A stretch of 64,000 bases of DNA from Azolla caroliniana (Eukaryota; Plantae; Polypodiophyta): the NCBI GenBank assembly GCA_043228905.1, contig JBHGNT010000002.1:26474001-26538000 (forward strand), read 5' to 3'. The position numbers were made by a program, and so were the translations under genes. Shown in pieces: positions 39,561-53,405 of the stretch (position 1 is its first letter; every line of letters starts with the position of its first letter). Below the pieces are notes generated by a model that was not told the origin of the DNA, did not search any database, and saw only the letters and a list, made by a program, of their open reading frames with translations.

Positions 39561-42500
39561 GAGGTGTTGTGGGATAGATTGGCTTCAATAGTTGCACAAT
39601 CTCTACGGAAAATATAACATTGTAGCTTATGTGCCTTTTTTAAAACTAATGAAAGGATATTTTGTTTAAAAAATAAATAAATAAAATGAGAGGGGCAAAT
39701 CCCAATTGTTAAGAACCTTTTACCGCACAATAGACAAATATGAAGTAAATGGTAAATCAATTCGGTGGAAAAACTCAATCCTCTCAACCACCCTCACATT
39801 ATGATCAAGACATAGTCAACCTACCATCGACGACTCTTGTCGGTGGATATTGGGAAGATGAGTTCATTGGGACGGGTAACACCATTAACATGACGAAAGC
39901 ATAGTCATACCATTGGTGTATTGCAACTTATGATTTCGGCCTTGTTATGTAATAACCAAGCCTCGTATTTATCATATTCTCATACCCCTCGAATATGTGT
40001 GCCTTTTAAAAGACTCGCCCGCCGTCAATTGGTTGTCAAGCTTGTGATATAGCATGCACATATTGTTCCCTTGATCAAATCACACTTGTCCCTTTCTAAC
40101 ATTAACGAACATCTCTTCACTTATGTTTTTAAAAATGTGAGCAACGTTTCCTTGGTTACGTTATGCATGCATAACACCAATAGAGTGGATTATTCATTCC
40201 CAAGTCTAATTGTCCTTGATTTGATTGCATGTTGTCTAACTATTTGTTTTTAGTCATGTAGATTGAGTGTATATATGATTAAGTGGATAAAAGTAAAGCC
40301 TTCCTTTATATTGGAGGGTGTTGATGCATGAAGGCTAGAGTGCATTATTCCTTCCCAAGTCTAATTGTAGTTTATTTGATTACATATTGTCTAACTATAG
40401 TGATTTGATTCATGTAGTTTGAGTGTATATATGATGCCTTCCTTTATATTTGAGGGGTGTTGATGGATGGAGGCACTACACCCATACATTTTGACTCATA
40501 AAACAAGAACATCAACCTCAAAGTCTCCATCCAAATGTGCTATACAAATTGATGAATGCTAATTTAAATGATCAAAATCATATTTATCCAAAATCTAATA
40601 GAAGAAACATGCATGTTATGAAGAAGGTGTTACTTTTGAATTATGCATGCATGTGCATGAATGGGTTGTGTCTGCTGTGATTTCTCATTATATTACAACA
40701 TACTAGAAATGTATGTGAAAAATATGCAAGATATTCACCTCTTAGAAGTTTTACGCATACATACATGAATCCACCTCCGGTTAAGACCCAACTTTGTGAT
40801 TTTATCCCAAGAGTTCCTTTTTTTTCTAAGTATTGAGCTTATTATTCAATTCATACATCCAATCCTTTTTTCATTAATTTGTTCATATTTCCAAAAAACT
40901 CATTAGGTTAACACTATAAAATAGTATACCATCATGATTCCTTTTGGAAGTTGAGTTAACATCATAAAAAAGTAAATTTGGTTCTTGATTGTGGAGACCT
41001 CGATGAGTTGACATCTCTTGAATTTGTAACCTTTGAGGATCTTTATGGAACACTTTGACTAGAGCAATACAACCATGTTAAAGGAACTCATCGTGTAAAC
41101 ATATGAATGGTCATTATTCAGTGTTATAGCATCTCGAGTCAAAGTAATGGTGTGGAAATGACAATTTATTGTAAAAAACTATGATATTTAGCACTATATA
41201 TATATATTAACATTCTCCGTTGAGCGAGAAAAACGAGTTATTTTAAGAGAAATGTCTTGATTGTTTTTCTTGCATTTTCTAAAACTTTCCATGACACATG
41301 GTGAAAATTTTCATGTAGATGCATTAGTGCCAATGCAAGAAGACAACTCGTTTATGCAAATACTCAATAGGAAAAAGAACAAAGCTTTGAATGAAAAGAC
41401 ATACTTTGCGTTTGTTAAAGAAGCAATCCACATGGATATACATGCATGTAAATGAGCTATGCTATTTGCATATATTAAATTTTAGTCATGTCTAGAAATT
41501 ATTACTATGTTTTTCTACCTCAATGATTGTTAACAGTGTTTTGACAATGATATCCAATGATAATTTGTTGCAAATAGAATAACTAATTGCATGGTCTCGA
41601 CTCTTTATAAGTCATTATTGTGGACACCTTGTTTATTGGTAGCTTTTATGCAAATCAAGCTACTTCTTCAATAACTTTTTAGGTGAGATAATATCGACAT
41701 ATTTTCCATATCGTCTACTTTCATGTTCTCGACATTGCCCACTTACTCAATCTACATGGACTATATTCACAACAATTTCCAAGGCCGTCATGTTAATGGT
41801 CATTGTTGGGAATACTTGAGGATTGGTTTGTTATTTGAAGGATATGCATTGCTTTTTAACCAGTATAACGTAGAGGAACTTAATGCTTCCATTACTATAT
41901 GTATATATTTTACTGTGACCACTTTAGACATCCTTACAATGGCGAACTAAATGTTGATCTTCTTTAAATTCATATGTGAGAAGAATATGACGAGGGCAAA
42001 GTTATGCATACATGCACAACGAAATAAAATAGGAGGAAAAAATGAAACAATGTAAGATTCATTGGCAAAACAAATATGTTACAATCAAGGGCACATACTA
42101 AGCATAATGCTAGGGTCCACATAACATCCACCGGTTGGGATACAATACTCCTCACGTGTACCTTTAACGGCTATTGGAAAAGGTACCATAAGATAGAAGA
42201 TAAAAGTCATACGAAAAATAGAATAGTTTTTTGAGCACAAGAGATATGGAATCTAAAATGAGTGAATTTTATTAATACATAGGGGGTTTTGGCTTTGGTT
42301 TTATAGGTAAAATGATTGATTTGTAGTTAAAACTTGAAGTTCCCATATCCCCTTCCATCTCTTTTCTATTTAATATTCTTATAATATTGGAAGCGAAACT
42401 CATACATGACCAAATTTGTTTTATTTTCAATAGATTACATTCAAATATTACTTACTTGCCTTGAAATCGGGTAGCCAAACAAATCAGGTTGCCTCTGATG

Positions 42501-44155
42501 TTTGTTTGTTAATGAAGATTGGACAATGATGTAACCAAAAACCAATTGCCATGTCAAAATGCACTTACTACCTTGCTTTGGTAGCACGAAAAGTTTGTTA
42601 TGATATACTTCTTTACGACAAATAGTTTGTGTTCTTTAGTCCACAAATGCACATTTTATGTGGCGAGTTGACAAATCTCATAATTGTTAAAACCTACGTA
42701 CATGTATGCCAAGATAAGTTTATGCAGAATAACATTTTCAAGAGGAACATTTTATTGCAACATATTTTATCATCATAAAATTTTCCACATTTTTTTTGCA
42801 AGAAACACGTCTACTCATGTATTTAGTATTTTAGAGCCATAATATGTAAACCAATGGATGTAAAAATATTACAAACCTCCTTAAGAAAAATAAGATACAA
42901 CCTCCTAATTGTCCCATAAGCAACTGAAATGGATAGTAAACAAAAAGACTAGAATATGGACATACACATATACCACACATGTAAAAGACTAGGATATGGA
43001 AATACACATACACCACACATGTTCTACTGTAACAATTAGGTGCAGAGGAGGGTGATATATGTATTAACAAGTTGGGATCGATGGAGTGAGAGTAGGAGAC
43101 GTGTTTCTTATTAACTGAATATCATCTATTGACATTTGTATGGAAGATGTTTAGTTTATCGAGAGGCATTTATATAATTTTATGGGTATCTGGTAGAGAG
43201 ACAATAAAAAAAGCCAAAGCGAAGTGTTGTCAAGACGTGTTATAAACAATGGGTGTGAAAGAGTAAAAACCTTTTTGTTTAGTTAGTAAATCATCATAGG
43301 ATTATCGCAAAGCAAAAATCATTAGAGATTAGGGCTTTGCGGTTAAAGCAAATAATAAATGGAGTCATGATGAATGTGTGGGAGAAGGAAGGTAGACATA
43401 TTTCAAGTCATAACTAATTCACTTGTTTGAGAAATGAGAAATAGCAGACCCTAAGCGAGGTCGAAACAATCGGAATGAGATGAATGAATGATCATATGGG
43501 TTCGAGCCGAGAGTGATGAATGGTCTAGAGCACAGGTGGTCATGACGAGGTATGGGAGGCAAATATGTATATAGATATTCTTAACTTCACGAGAGACCAA
43601 AGACAAATAGAACGATAAGAAACCAAATAAGAGCGAGAGAGAGAGATAGGTAGGAAGGAGATGGGAATTGGACATCATCCCTGGGGAGATGAGTATGAAC
43701 GAACGAACGGACGGTTGAGATGTGATCGCAATTATTGGACAGCCACGATGGGTCAGAGAGGAATGGGACGAGCGGTCCGGATGTGATGATGAGATTGGAC
43801 GGCGCAGATGAGATGAGGGGGGGAGGGCGCAGAGAAAGAGAGTAATGTGAATGAGCGAGCGAACGAACGGTTGAGATGCAAGGAAGCAGATAATCATTTG
43901 GACGGTCATGATGAAGCAGGGAAATGCCTCTGCTTTTTTTTTTTTTGAGGGGCTTACTAAACCCTAGAAAGGAGATCCAACGGAGGAGGTTGGCATAAAG
44001 CTCACAGAGAAGATCGGACGGCAGGCATGGCATGCCGCTAGATTTGGCGGCACTACTAAAAAAGCCCTCTAATTTCCTTCATCTTTATGTTTGCCCTAAT
44101 TTTTAATGTCGTGAGCTTTTCATTCCGCATATCTCCCGTCTCTCTTCTCTCCCTT

Positions 44156-44159
<4 letters not shown>

Positions 44160-44192
<33 letters not shown>

Positions 44193-44230
44193 TTGAGCTC
44201 CATCTCTGCTAACCCTAACCCTAACCCTAA
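44160..44230 (+). promoter_or_regulatory. (CT)n tract followed by tandem CCCTAA (telo-box-like) repeats upstream of the GATA gene
   Basis: CT run at 44160-44190 and ctaaccctaaccctaaccctaa at 44209-44230. Confidence 0.5.
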
Positions 44231-44608
44231 TTCGTCTTTCTCTGATTTAGCTCGTAACTTTTAATCCTTTTCTGCATATTGTCTTCCCTTCCTCCTCTTT
44301 CTTCTCCGATCTAGTTCACTCCTTCAATTCTCCCCTGCATTTCCCCCTTTTTCTCATCCTATTTCTTCCTTCTCTGGCCACATTTCCCCCTTCTTTTCTC
44401 TGAGTCGTTCTCAGCAGATCTACTGGAAGATGGTCTCCTCCGCTTCATCCTCAGTGTGTACATGGCTTCTGAAGCTTATTCACCTCCTTAATCCTCCAGC
44501 ATAATATCCCATACACACACAACCACGCTCCGTCTGCATCAAATAAGCTCTAGCTCAAACCCACTGTTAGGATTGCAAAATTTAGGCTTCTAGTTCTTTT
44601 TTGGAACA

Positions 44609-46957
44609 ATGTTGCAAGCTCCTGCTCACCACTTATCTAGGGTTTGTGGTCATGGACATATCAAGAAGTTCTGGCTTATGCAAACACAGAAGGAAAACCA
44701 GTCCTGTGATCAGGGAAACAAAAACAGTGTTATAGTTTCTTCTTCATCATCCTCTTCTTCACCGATATATGGAAACAGAGTATCTTCATCAACATCACCA
44801 ACATCATCATCATCTTCATCAATGAAATTACTGGATGTTTCACAGAGGTGTTCCCCCACTCACATAACAACTACTCACGTGAACACCCATCTAACAGCAT
44901 CAAGCTCTGGCTTTGGTGAATCTCCATCTACAGGATTAACGCATTCTTCTTCTTCGAATTTCTCAAGAGGGATTTCCCGTTCTCTCTGTCAAAGGCCTTC
45001 TTCATTGTCGTCGAAAGAGTGTGAGAAAGCTATTCTACAAGAGGATTCATCTTCAGAAGCCCAAGTCTTAAATGCATCATTCTCTTCTTCCTCTTCTTCT
45101 TATTCTTCTCCAGCACAAACGCCATCAATGAATCTATTATCTACTGTTGAAATTGCTTCGATGAATGATACAAATCATGAAGAAGTTTATGTCGGTGATG
45201 GGTCCCCTCCTGGCCCAACTTTAGAGAGTAATTTGACCTCTATCAATGGATACAGAGATAGTATAATTCAACATAAAATACAAGAAACTGTACCTATCGT
45301 TACTCCTTCCTCTGATGTGAAAATTCTCGTTTCAAAGGTTAGTCAAGCCTCTGTTGTTGTCTAGTCACCCAGAATTCTTTTGGGCTGGTATTTTGTTGTT
45401 TTTTATGTTTTGAAATTGAAATTGTTTTTTTCCTTCTATTGTGATTGTGGTTTGTTTGTAAGTTTGTATGCCTTTTTTGTGTTAAAATTATCTTCATTTT
45501 GATAAAAACATTACCCCATACTATATATATGTTCAACTCTAAATTGTTTATTTTTGTGTTTTTGCGTATTCAAGCTTATCTTCACCTTTGGGTTCCAAGA
45601 TTTTGATGTGCGTGCAGGTTCTTGATTTAAATGTTGCCACTGTAAGAACAGGGGATTCTTATTACTTCTTTGTTTCTTTGTGTTTTTTGTGGATTGTTAT
45701 TGTGAACATCAGCATACATTGTCCCTGTGTTTGGACTTTAAGAGATGTGGGCAATGTGGTGCCCAATTTATAGAGGAGCTTTTTTCAAAATTAGCATCTT
45801 TTCACTCGTTTATAAGCTCAGTTTCTTGTTCTAAATGTTTTTCTTTTTTTAATTCAGCTTAATGAAGGGGAAAATGTGGCCTCTGCAGCAAGACTGGATA
45901 TAAGAGAGTCAGGGATACATCCTCGTAGGTCTTCTGGCTATGAAGTAATTCACGAAAATCATATGGGTGTGTCAAGTAGGGAGAACCTCAATCGTGCAGA
46001 TTCTTGCCCTTCTCTAAGGAAGATCGAAGCAAGACCAATTGCTCCGGATAATCTTGGTAAATGGAAGAGTAGGAATAGCAGCTCAAATGGTAGCCGAATT
46101 GAGGTCTCTCCTCGTGGATCTACTCAACTTGTACTTAAAGCTTGTTCATTGTGTGGGACCACAAAGACTCCTATGTGGAGAAGTGGACCACAGGGCCCCA
46201 AGGTATGTGTGGATCTACTGGCTTTACATGATCTCTTTTTGTTCTATATAATTCTTTCTTTTTCATTCATTGTAGAGTTGCTTGATTGATGTCCCAAGTT
46301 AGGTGATATTGTTAGGTTTCTTTCCATATCTTTGATCTTGTGGAAATTATATTTTTGTTTTTAATAATATATGTTGTTTGTGGAAAGCTCAATGTAACAT
46401 AGGAATGGCAACTCCTTAACATGTTTGTCAGGGCAGTCAAATAAATATGTATTCTCAATACATGAGTAATGATGCTTTAATGTCATTTTTTATTGCAGTC
46501 TCTATGCAATGCATGTGGCATTCGGTTCAAGAAGTATCGATCTTTTCCAGGGCATAATGACCCAGACCTTGCGGTTCCATTGCTCAGAAATTCATCACCT
46601 TCTCCTTCCAAGTATCTTTCAAGACCTTTAAAGAGAAAGCAAAATAATAATACTTTTCTCACACAAGAGGTGGGTCTCAAGCCTTTTGCTTCTGATGTTT
46701 CTCGGCATCAGAAGAAAAGCAAGTGGCATCAACTGGTGATAAAAAGAGATCAAGTTGACTTGTTAAGAGATACCCCCAATGCCTGGAAAGTTTCATCTGG
46801 ACCAGCCTCATTGAAGAAGATATATGGGTGCATGCAGTCAAGGTTTAAGAACTTAGGTCCTGGTGAAGAGCATCTAACCATGAAAAGAGTTTTTGCAAAA
46901 GATGAAGAAGAGGCTGCTGTGCTTCTTATGCACTTGTCATGTGACCTTGTCTGTTAA
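44609..46957 (+). CDS. LLM-domain B-class GATA zinc-finger transcription factor; exons 44609-45337, optional 45618-45641, 45858-46202, 46499-46957
   Basis: Spliced finger CSLCGTTKTPMWRSGPQGPK|SLCNACGIRFKK (C-X2-C-X18-C-X2-C). C-terminal EEEAAVLLMHLSC is the LLM motif. Ser-rich N-terminus. Confidence 0.9.
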
Positions 46958-48116
46958 AAACTGAACTATACTATCAGGGTCATTATGAATTGACTATGAT
47001 GGATGGTGGCAAACACTTGCAAGAGTGCATTGTATATTTTTCCCAGAGCAGTGCTAAAATCTACTCAACCAAGATATTGTTTTTAACTCAGCAAAGTAAC
47101 ACTAATCTTTTACTAATTTTATGATGAGTAAGGTTTTGTGTCAACATTATACTTTTTCACAGGGTGTGGGGTTTTGTATCTCAACAAGGACACTTATTGA
47201 TATGTATTCTGATAGGACAATGTATTCGAGGAGAAGATACAGCTGAGATGGAAGTAATTTGATCCAGAACATATTGAAACTGCTTACTGCTTGTCGTTGA
47301 TTCAGTAGTTCTTAGAAACCATACTAGAGAATAATGATAGAATGCATGGTTTGCTTGCTCGATTTGCAGAGGTTTGGAGTACATTGCAAAAATATAAAAA
47401 CATAGCCATACCTGAACTAGTCTCACCATGCTCTATGCATTTGTTCCTTATCATATGCTTGATTCCCACACCATCAAATGCTGTCTGTCTGTCATTGATA
47501 ACCTTGTGATTCATATAAACTACAAATGTTTAATATTATCATCCATGATGCAATTGGTCCTTGGATCCTTGACATCCAAAATGATAAAAGATTATTGTCA
47601 TCAACTGTATGGAGCACTTTTGTGGAAACTTGGGCCTTAGATTACAAAACTCTGCCCCCTCTCTCTTTGATTTCATAGCATTATAGAATTGTCTTTTAAT
47701 TCTAAAAGAGAAGGCACTCTAATTTCATATACCAATAGGAAGATTCAATTAACAGCCCACTTTCTAATTTCAGTCCAGGCAACACCTTATGATATGCATA
47801 GCTAGTTCAATTTCTAATTGGCACAAAATTCCATTAAAGTGCACAATCTGCTAAAATCTGTTTAAGCCATATTGATACACATGTTAACATCCAAGCATTA
47901 TTTTTGAGTAACAGATATCCACCAATGTCAAAGGACACAAAAATAGAAAAGATGGAATGTCCCATTGTATTGGAACTAACATTAGTCACGACCTACATTA
48001 GTTATCATATTACTGTAATCAACCTATTACATGTTACTGAAAATTCCGTGCTATGTTAGGTTTATTTTACTTAAATATTAACAAGGTTCACTTTAGAACT
48101 CAATGAACTATCACCA

Positions 48117-51100
48117 TCAAACATATGAGTAAACACCGCGACCAGATTTCTTGCCAAGCCAGCCGGCATCCACATAGTGAACAAGCAATGGACAGGGTCG
48201 ATACTTACCATCACCCAGGCCTTGATGTAGAACACGCATAATTGAAAGACAAGTATCAAGGCCAATGAAGTCTGCGAGCGTAAGGGGTCCCATTGGTTGG
48301 TTAGTTCCTAGCCTCATACCACTATCAATGTCATCAGCTGTGCCCACTCCTTCCATTAGTGCATAAAATGCCTCATTGATCATAGGCATGAGAATGCGAT
48401 TGACAATGAAGCCAGGATAATCTTTTGAAAAGCTCACAGTCTTCCCAAACCTGCCAACATACGTCAATAATTGTATTTGGCACCTTGGAGCTCTTAGTTT
48501 ATTGTTTGTTTTCCTATCCTCCTATATGTTTACAGGATATTGAAGAACATGCATAGGGAAAGAAGTAGATGGGGAATTTGGCTGCTTGGAAAAACCCAGA
48601 TCAACTAAACCTAATTTGGTAAGTATTTTCATTAAATCCTCCAATGGATTATTCATGCAGTTGCCAACTTGGACATAGCCAAAATTAATATATATAATGT
48701 TAAAATATGGTGCACAAGAGTATCAGTATTAATGAAGTTCTGTTCAGTGGATTGATATCAGGGTCTGTTGAAAATATCAGTATCAGTGATAGAGCTGATG
48801 CCAAATATAAACCAGTATGTGCCGGAACCAAAAATTCAAAAATTTAAAATCTATGTTCCAGATCACACTGAGATTTAAAATGGATGAATTGAACTATTGA
48901 TGATGCCATTTGGGAGAAAGAGGCAACTTTTCTATATTTTCATTGCAAGACTACCATTTTTTATATGAGGAGTAATATTAAGTGCAAAACCTTAACATAG
49001 TATTTAAGGGTAAACTTCTAATGGTTTTAAGGGTATACGAGGAGTTGCGACAACTCACATAAGGTCATGATATGTGGCAACATGCAGTGACCTGAGGACC
49101 TGCGTGCAAATATAAAATGAGTAGCTAACCTCAATAAAAGAGAGACATTGGTGGTGCAATAAGGCTCTTGTTGCAATAGCACAGTGTTGATTGTGCCCAA
49201 ATATGAGGAGTTGTGACAACTCACATAAGGTCATGATACGTGGCAACATGCGGTGACCTGAGGACCTGCGTGCAAGTATAAAATGAGTAGCTAACCTCAA
49301 TAAAAGAGAGACACTGGTGGTGCAATAAGGCTATTGCTGCAATAGCAGTGTGTTGATTGCGTCCAAGTATGACATTAGGCACTATTTGGTGGTAGGGGAT
49401 GCCTATGGTGTTTAAGATCCTAAATTAAGTTTGAGCGAAGAAATTGAGACGAATCTTAAACACCATCAACATCCTGTACCACTGAATATTTCCTAAGATA
49501 GTATGTTATTGTAGCGACAACCTTGACATACCACTGATGTCTCACAACTTTCTGATGGAGATGTTTGTCTCCCACGTATTGAGGTTAGGTACTCATTTTA
49601 TACTTGCACTTTGTGACCAAATAGATCTTGTTGATCACAACAATATTTCAAGGATGGGTGATCAGTTGTAACCATAAACCAATTTCCAAATAAGTAATAT
49701 CTGATCACAAACAAATCCTTTTCTTTAACCGAAAATCAACATTCAGTAGGTTTTAAGTTTTTACATTCAAATGCAAAGGGTTGCCATCTAGATAAAAAGC
49801 AACACCCATCGTATAATTGCTAGCTTCGGTTTCAACCTCAAAGGGTTTTGATAGGTCAGGAAGAATGAGTGTAGGAGCAAGGCAAACAAGTTCCTTAAGA
49901 ATGTTTAAATTATTATCAAGTTAATCATTCCAAATTATTGGTTTAACAATCTTAGGTGTCTGACCTTTTAAAAGCTTAGTATGGTTTTAAGTCAATTTAG
50001 AATAACCAACAAATCCTAGAAATGAGAGAAGTTCATGGACATTACGTGGAATAGGCCATAATTTGACCTTCAATAATATATTAAGGTTCTGCGTGTAACA
50101 AAACTCAAGGCATATTATTATGCCATCAAGTTTGCCAAATATTGGAGGATTAGTCACAAAAGTCAGAGGAGCTCAAGTAGAGTGAAGATCTTAAAGTTTA
50201 TGATCCCCTTAAACAAAGTAAATAGATATCTACATTGTGCAAGCATTGGAAACTGGTTTCTCTAAGGATTATTAGTTGGTTGAATCCTAACCTACAACCT
50301 TTAACTACCACCATTCACGAATAATTATCATGTATTATTGGACACTTTCAGAATCTTGCCATACTTCTTTTCGGCAGGAGTTGCCAGTGCTACTCGAGAT
50401 TGATGAAGAGTTTCAGGTCAAGAATTCAACCTCATGTTAATGGTATGAGCCCTGAATCTACACTATCCATATTAATAACATACACAGAAAGTACTCCAAA
50501 TCTCTAAATCATGACAATATTTGAGAATTTCATTATCTTTGTGCCTGGAAAGTGAAGCATAGAGAGCAATCGCTCATGAAACTCATTGCCAGAGAGATAG
50601 AAGATCTCAAGGACATAAGCTTTGTGGAAATTTCTAGAAAATTGTAGAAATAATGACATGACAGTCTTCAACCTTCTATGATGACATGAGCTGGGGGTTT
50701 CCCAACCTCAGATTGATGCCTAATTTGTTGGTTTCACGACTCACTTTTGGAAGTGAGTTGTTCAAGCCCCTTGTGTGCATTTGCATGTGTAATTTTATTC
50801 AGAATTATTCTAGATGGTGAAACTATGTCAGCTTTTTTAACACACACCATACATATTAAACTATGTTATGAAATTATGAAACAGACCTTTCAGCTAGATC
50901 TTTGGTAGTTTCTACAACAGAGTCATCTGTAGCCAAACCTCTCACAACTTCTACAAGCTTCATTACTGGGGGGGGATTCATGAAGTGCATGCCAATAACC
51001 TGAATAATGATATATAGAAATAGTTAGAAGAAGAAAACATAGTGAAATTTCTTTACACGCAATGACTTTGGTTTCAAGCATTACATGCCTGATTGGGTCG

Positions 51101-52211
51101 TGACGTCGCAGATGATAGCCGAGTGATTGAAATGGAGCTCGTATTCGATGCTAAAATCGCCGAAGGCTTCACAATCTTATCTAACTGTGTAAATATTTTC
51201 CTTTTCAGCTCTTCATTCTCCGAAACAGCTTCAATAACAAAATCTGCAGCATTTAATTCTTCCATAGAGGTTGTAGCCTTTATGCGTGCAAGTGATTCAT
51301 CCATCTGTTCCTGCACTATGCAAAAGCATTCATTATTCCTGGCAATAAATATGACCCTTTAAGGCTTATCATTCATGTATGCTTCACAAATAATTCCTAA
51401 CCATGAGTATTAAGGATTTTAAGAGAATAGACAAAGAGAAATTGTCTCTATTATGTCCTACTTTTATGGTACGTGAGACTATGACAAAACATGTTATATT
51501 TTATCTTTTGAAATGCTTGTAAAATCAATAAAAAAAATGTCTTTTAATTTATTAACGTTATTTTACTTTTAATGCTTAAATGAAGACCTTATCACGACTT
51601 CTATTTTCCGATTTCACATAGATTCAACCTTATACAATGAATGCAATCTTAATCTTCAGAACAATCAAAGAAAACCAATCTCCTGGTTTTAATACTGAAA
51701 GTCGAGAATAAACTTGAACAAAGACATTAGCTTTCATATAAATTGAATAGCACACTGTTAATTTTTCTTCTTATGAAAGCTAATCAATGTCAAAAGACAA
51801 TTTCTTTACTATTAGATACTAGAAAATGAAGCTATATAAAGACAATTACCATTTCCTTGCGATTGCCTAAAGGTCAGTATTTTTTTGCTCTTTTTCGAGG
51901 AGCACTTAAAACAAGGTCTAATTTTACTTTTATTTAAAACCAAAGGAAAACACAAAAAATGTACTATATACACTTGAAGAACTGTAGTGAACCAAGAATG
52001 GAGTTAGGGTTACCTGGGAGAGAGATCCTTTCTTGACAGAGCGAGATAGGGATGAGGAGATGGCATGGAGCCCTCTGGAGAGGGAGACCTGATCGATATC
52101 AGTCATGAGAACATGAATGTCATGAGCCATAACAGCAGCGATCTGAGCTATTCCACTCCCCATCTGACCTGCACCCACCACACCCATGACCTTGATTGGA
52201 GAACAAAGACC

Positions 52212-52214
<3 letters not shown>
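48117..52214 (-). CDS. 3-hydroxybutyryl-CoA / 3-hydroxyacyl-CoA dehydrogenase; exons 52014-52214, 51089-51310, 50887-50999, 48117-48450 (289 aa)
   Basis: Rossmann motif [14 protein letters not shown], then [17 protein letters not shown], catalytic [20 protein letters not shown] and [14 protein letters not shown]. Exon lengths sum to 870 nt. Confidence 0.93.
49039..49609. mobile_element. Fold-back (MITE-like) element 49270-49609 overlapping an about 166-bp tandem duplication (49039/49205)
   Basis: gtgcaagtataaaatgagtagctaacctcaata is inverted as tattgaggttaggtactcattttatacttgcac. Inner arms atggtgtttaagat / atcttaaacaccat are also complementary. No TSD identified. Confidence 0.65.
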
Positions 52215-52246
<32 letters not shown>

Positions 52247-52986
52247 TCCCTCTGTGTGTCTCTGCCTGTGTGTGTTCTAGGAACTCAGGAAACATCGGCT
52301 CTCACACAAATCGGCCCAAACCTTCGTTTTGTTATTTCTCAGGAATGCCCCTGGGCATTTTCTTTATTTTGGCACAAGATGCCCCTGAGAATTTTTCTAT
52401 TCTACAAGAATGCCCTTGGGGTTTTTCTAATCCTTTATGATCTTTATCCGGAGAGCTAGCTTTTCGCGGCCTCCTTTTGCACAAGGGTGGAGAACACACA
52501 ACATAAGACTCTCCCCTCTCACATATTGCCCATCGCACCGGTCTCTGACAATACACTTACTAACCCCCCTTTGTTCTTCTTTAATTCCTTGCTTGTCCTC
52601 CTCCTCCCTGTGTAGTCGCCGATTGACCTCCCCATGCTGTCCGTTCGAAGAGACAACGAGGAACGTTTCTCGTGTCTCGACCTTTCTATGTATCACGCAT
52701 TTCGCTCCTTGCATCGGATAGAACCTTCTTATATCTTTTTGTAAGGTTATATATAATAAAAGGGTGGAAAAAATAAGCATATCTTTCAAAATTCCTCACA
52801 TATTTAGTAGCCATGGCCCACAAAGCACATTTTTGCTTAGCACAAAGTTGCTCAAGATGAAAGAAAAGCATGAGTTTTGTACTCAAGGAAAGGGTAATTG
52901 GAAAGTGTGACAACACCCATATATGTAAAGATTTTGAGAACTAGATGGCAATTTTACACATGTTAGATAAATTGAGTATCTATGTT

Positions 52987-52987
52987 A

Positions 52988-53051
<64 letters not shown>
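52987..53051. repeat. Compound (TG)n(AG)n microsatellite
   Basis: Direct run. Confidence 0.95.
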
Positions 53052-53056
<5 letters not shown>

Positions 53057-53405
53057 AGATTAACACAACAAGTCTACCAAAGATAAACTGTATAATTTAC
53101 AAGAAAACCAAGAGAAAAAGGTTCATACCTTGAACTAAGGTAAAGGCCTTCTACTTATTATATCTATTTAATTCCTTGTCTGCTTTTGTCTTTAACTTAA
53201 TCACATAGCAAGATGATTAAAATACATCTCAATCCTTAAATATGTTTTTCAGATTATGTAAAAGCCTTTTATGGATATGTGTGGAATTTCCTATACATAA
53301 TTTTCCTTACCCATATTACACAGATACATGTAAGGCAACAAGTTTAAAAATCTGGATTCTTCTTCTATATTGCATTTTTCTTAACCTTATAGCAAAGGAA
53401 GAAGA

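Noticed and set aside
43451-44033. Two minus-strand ORFs of about 150 aa
   Set aside because: They arise from purine-rich low-complexity sequence with a small internal duplication, with no domain signal.
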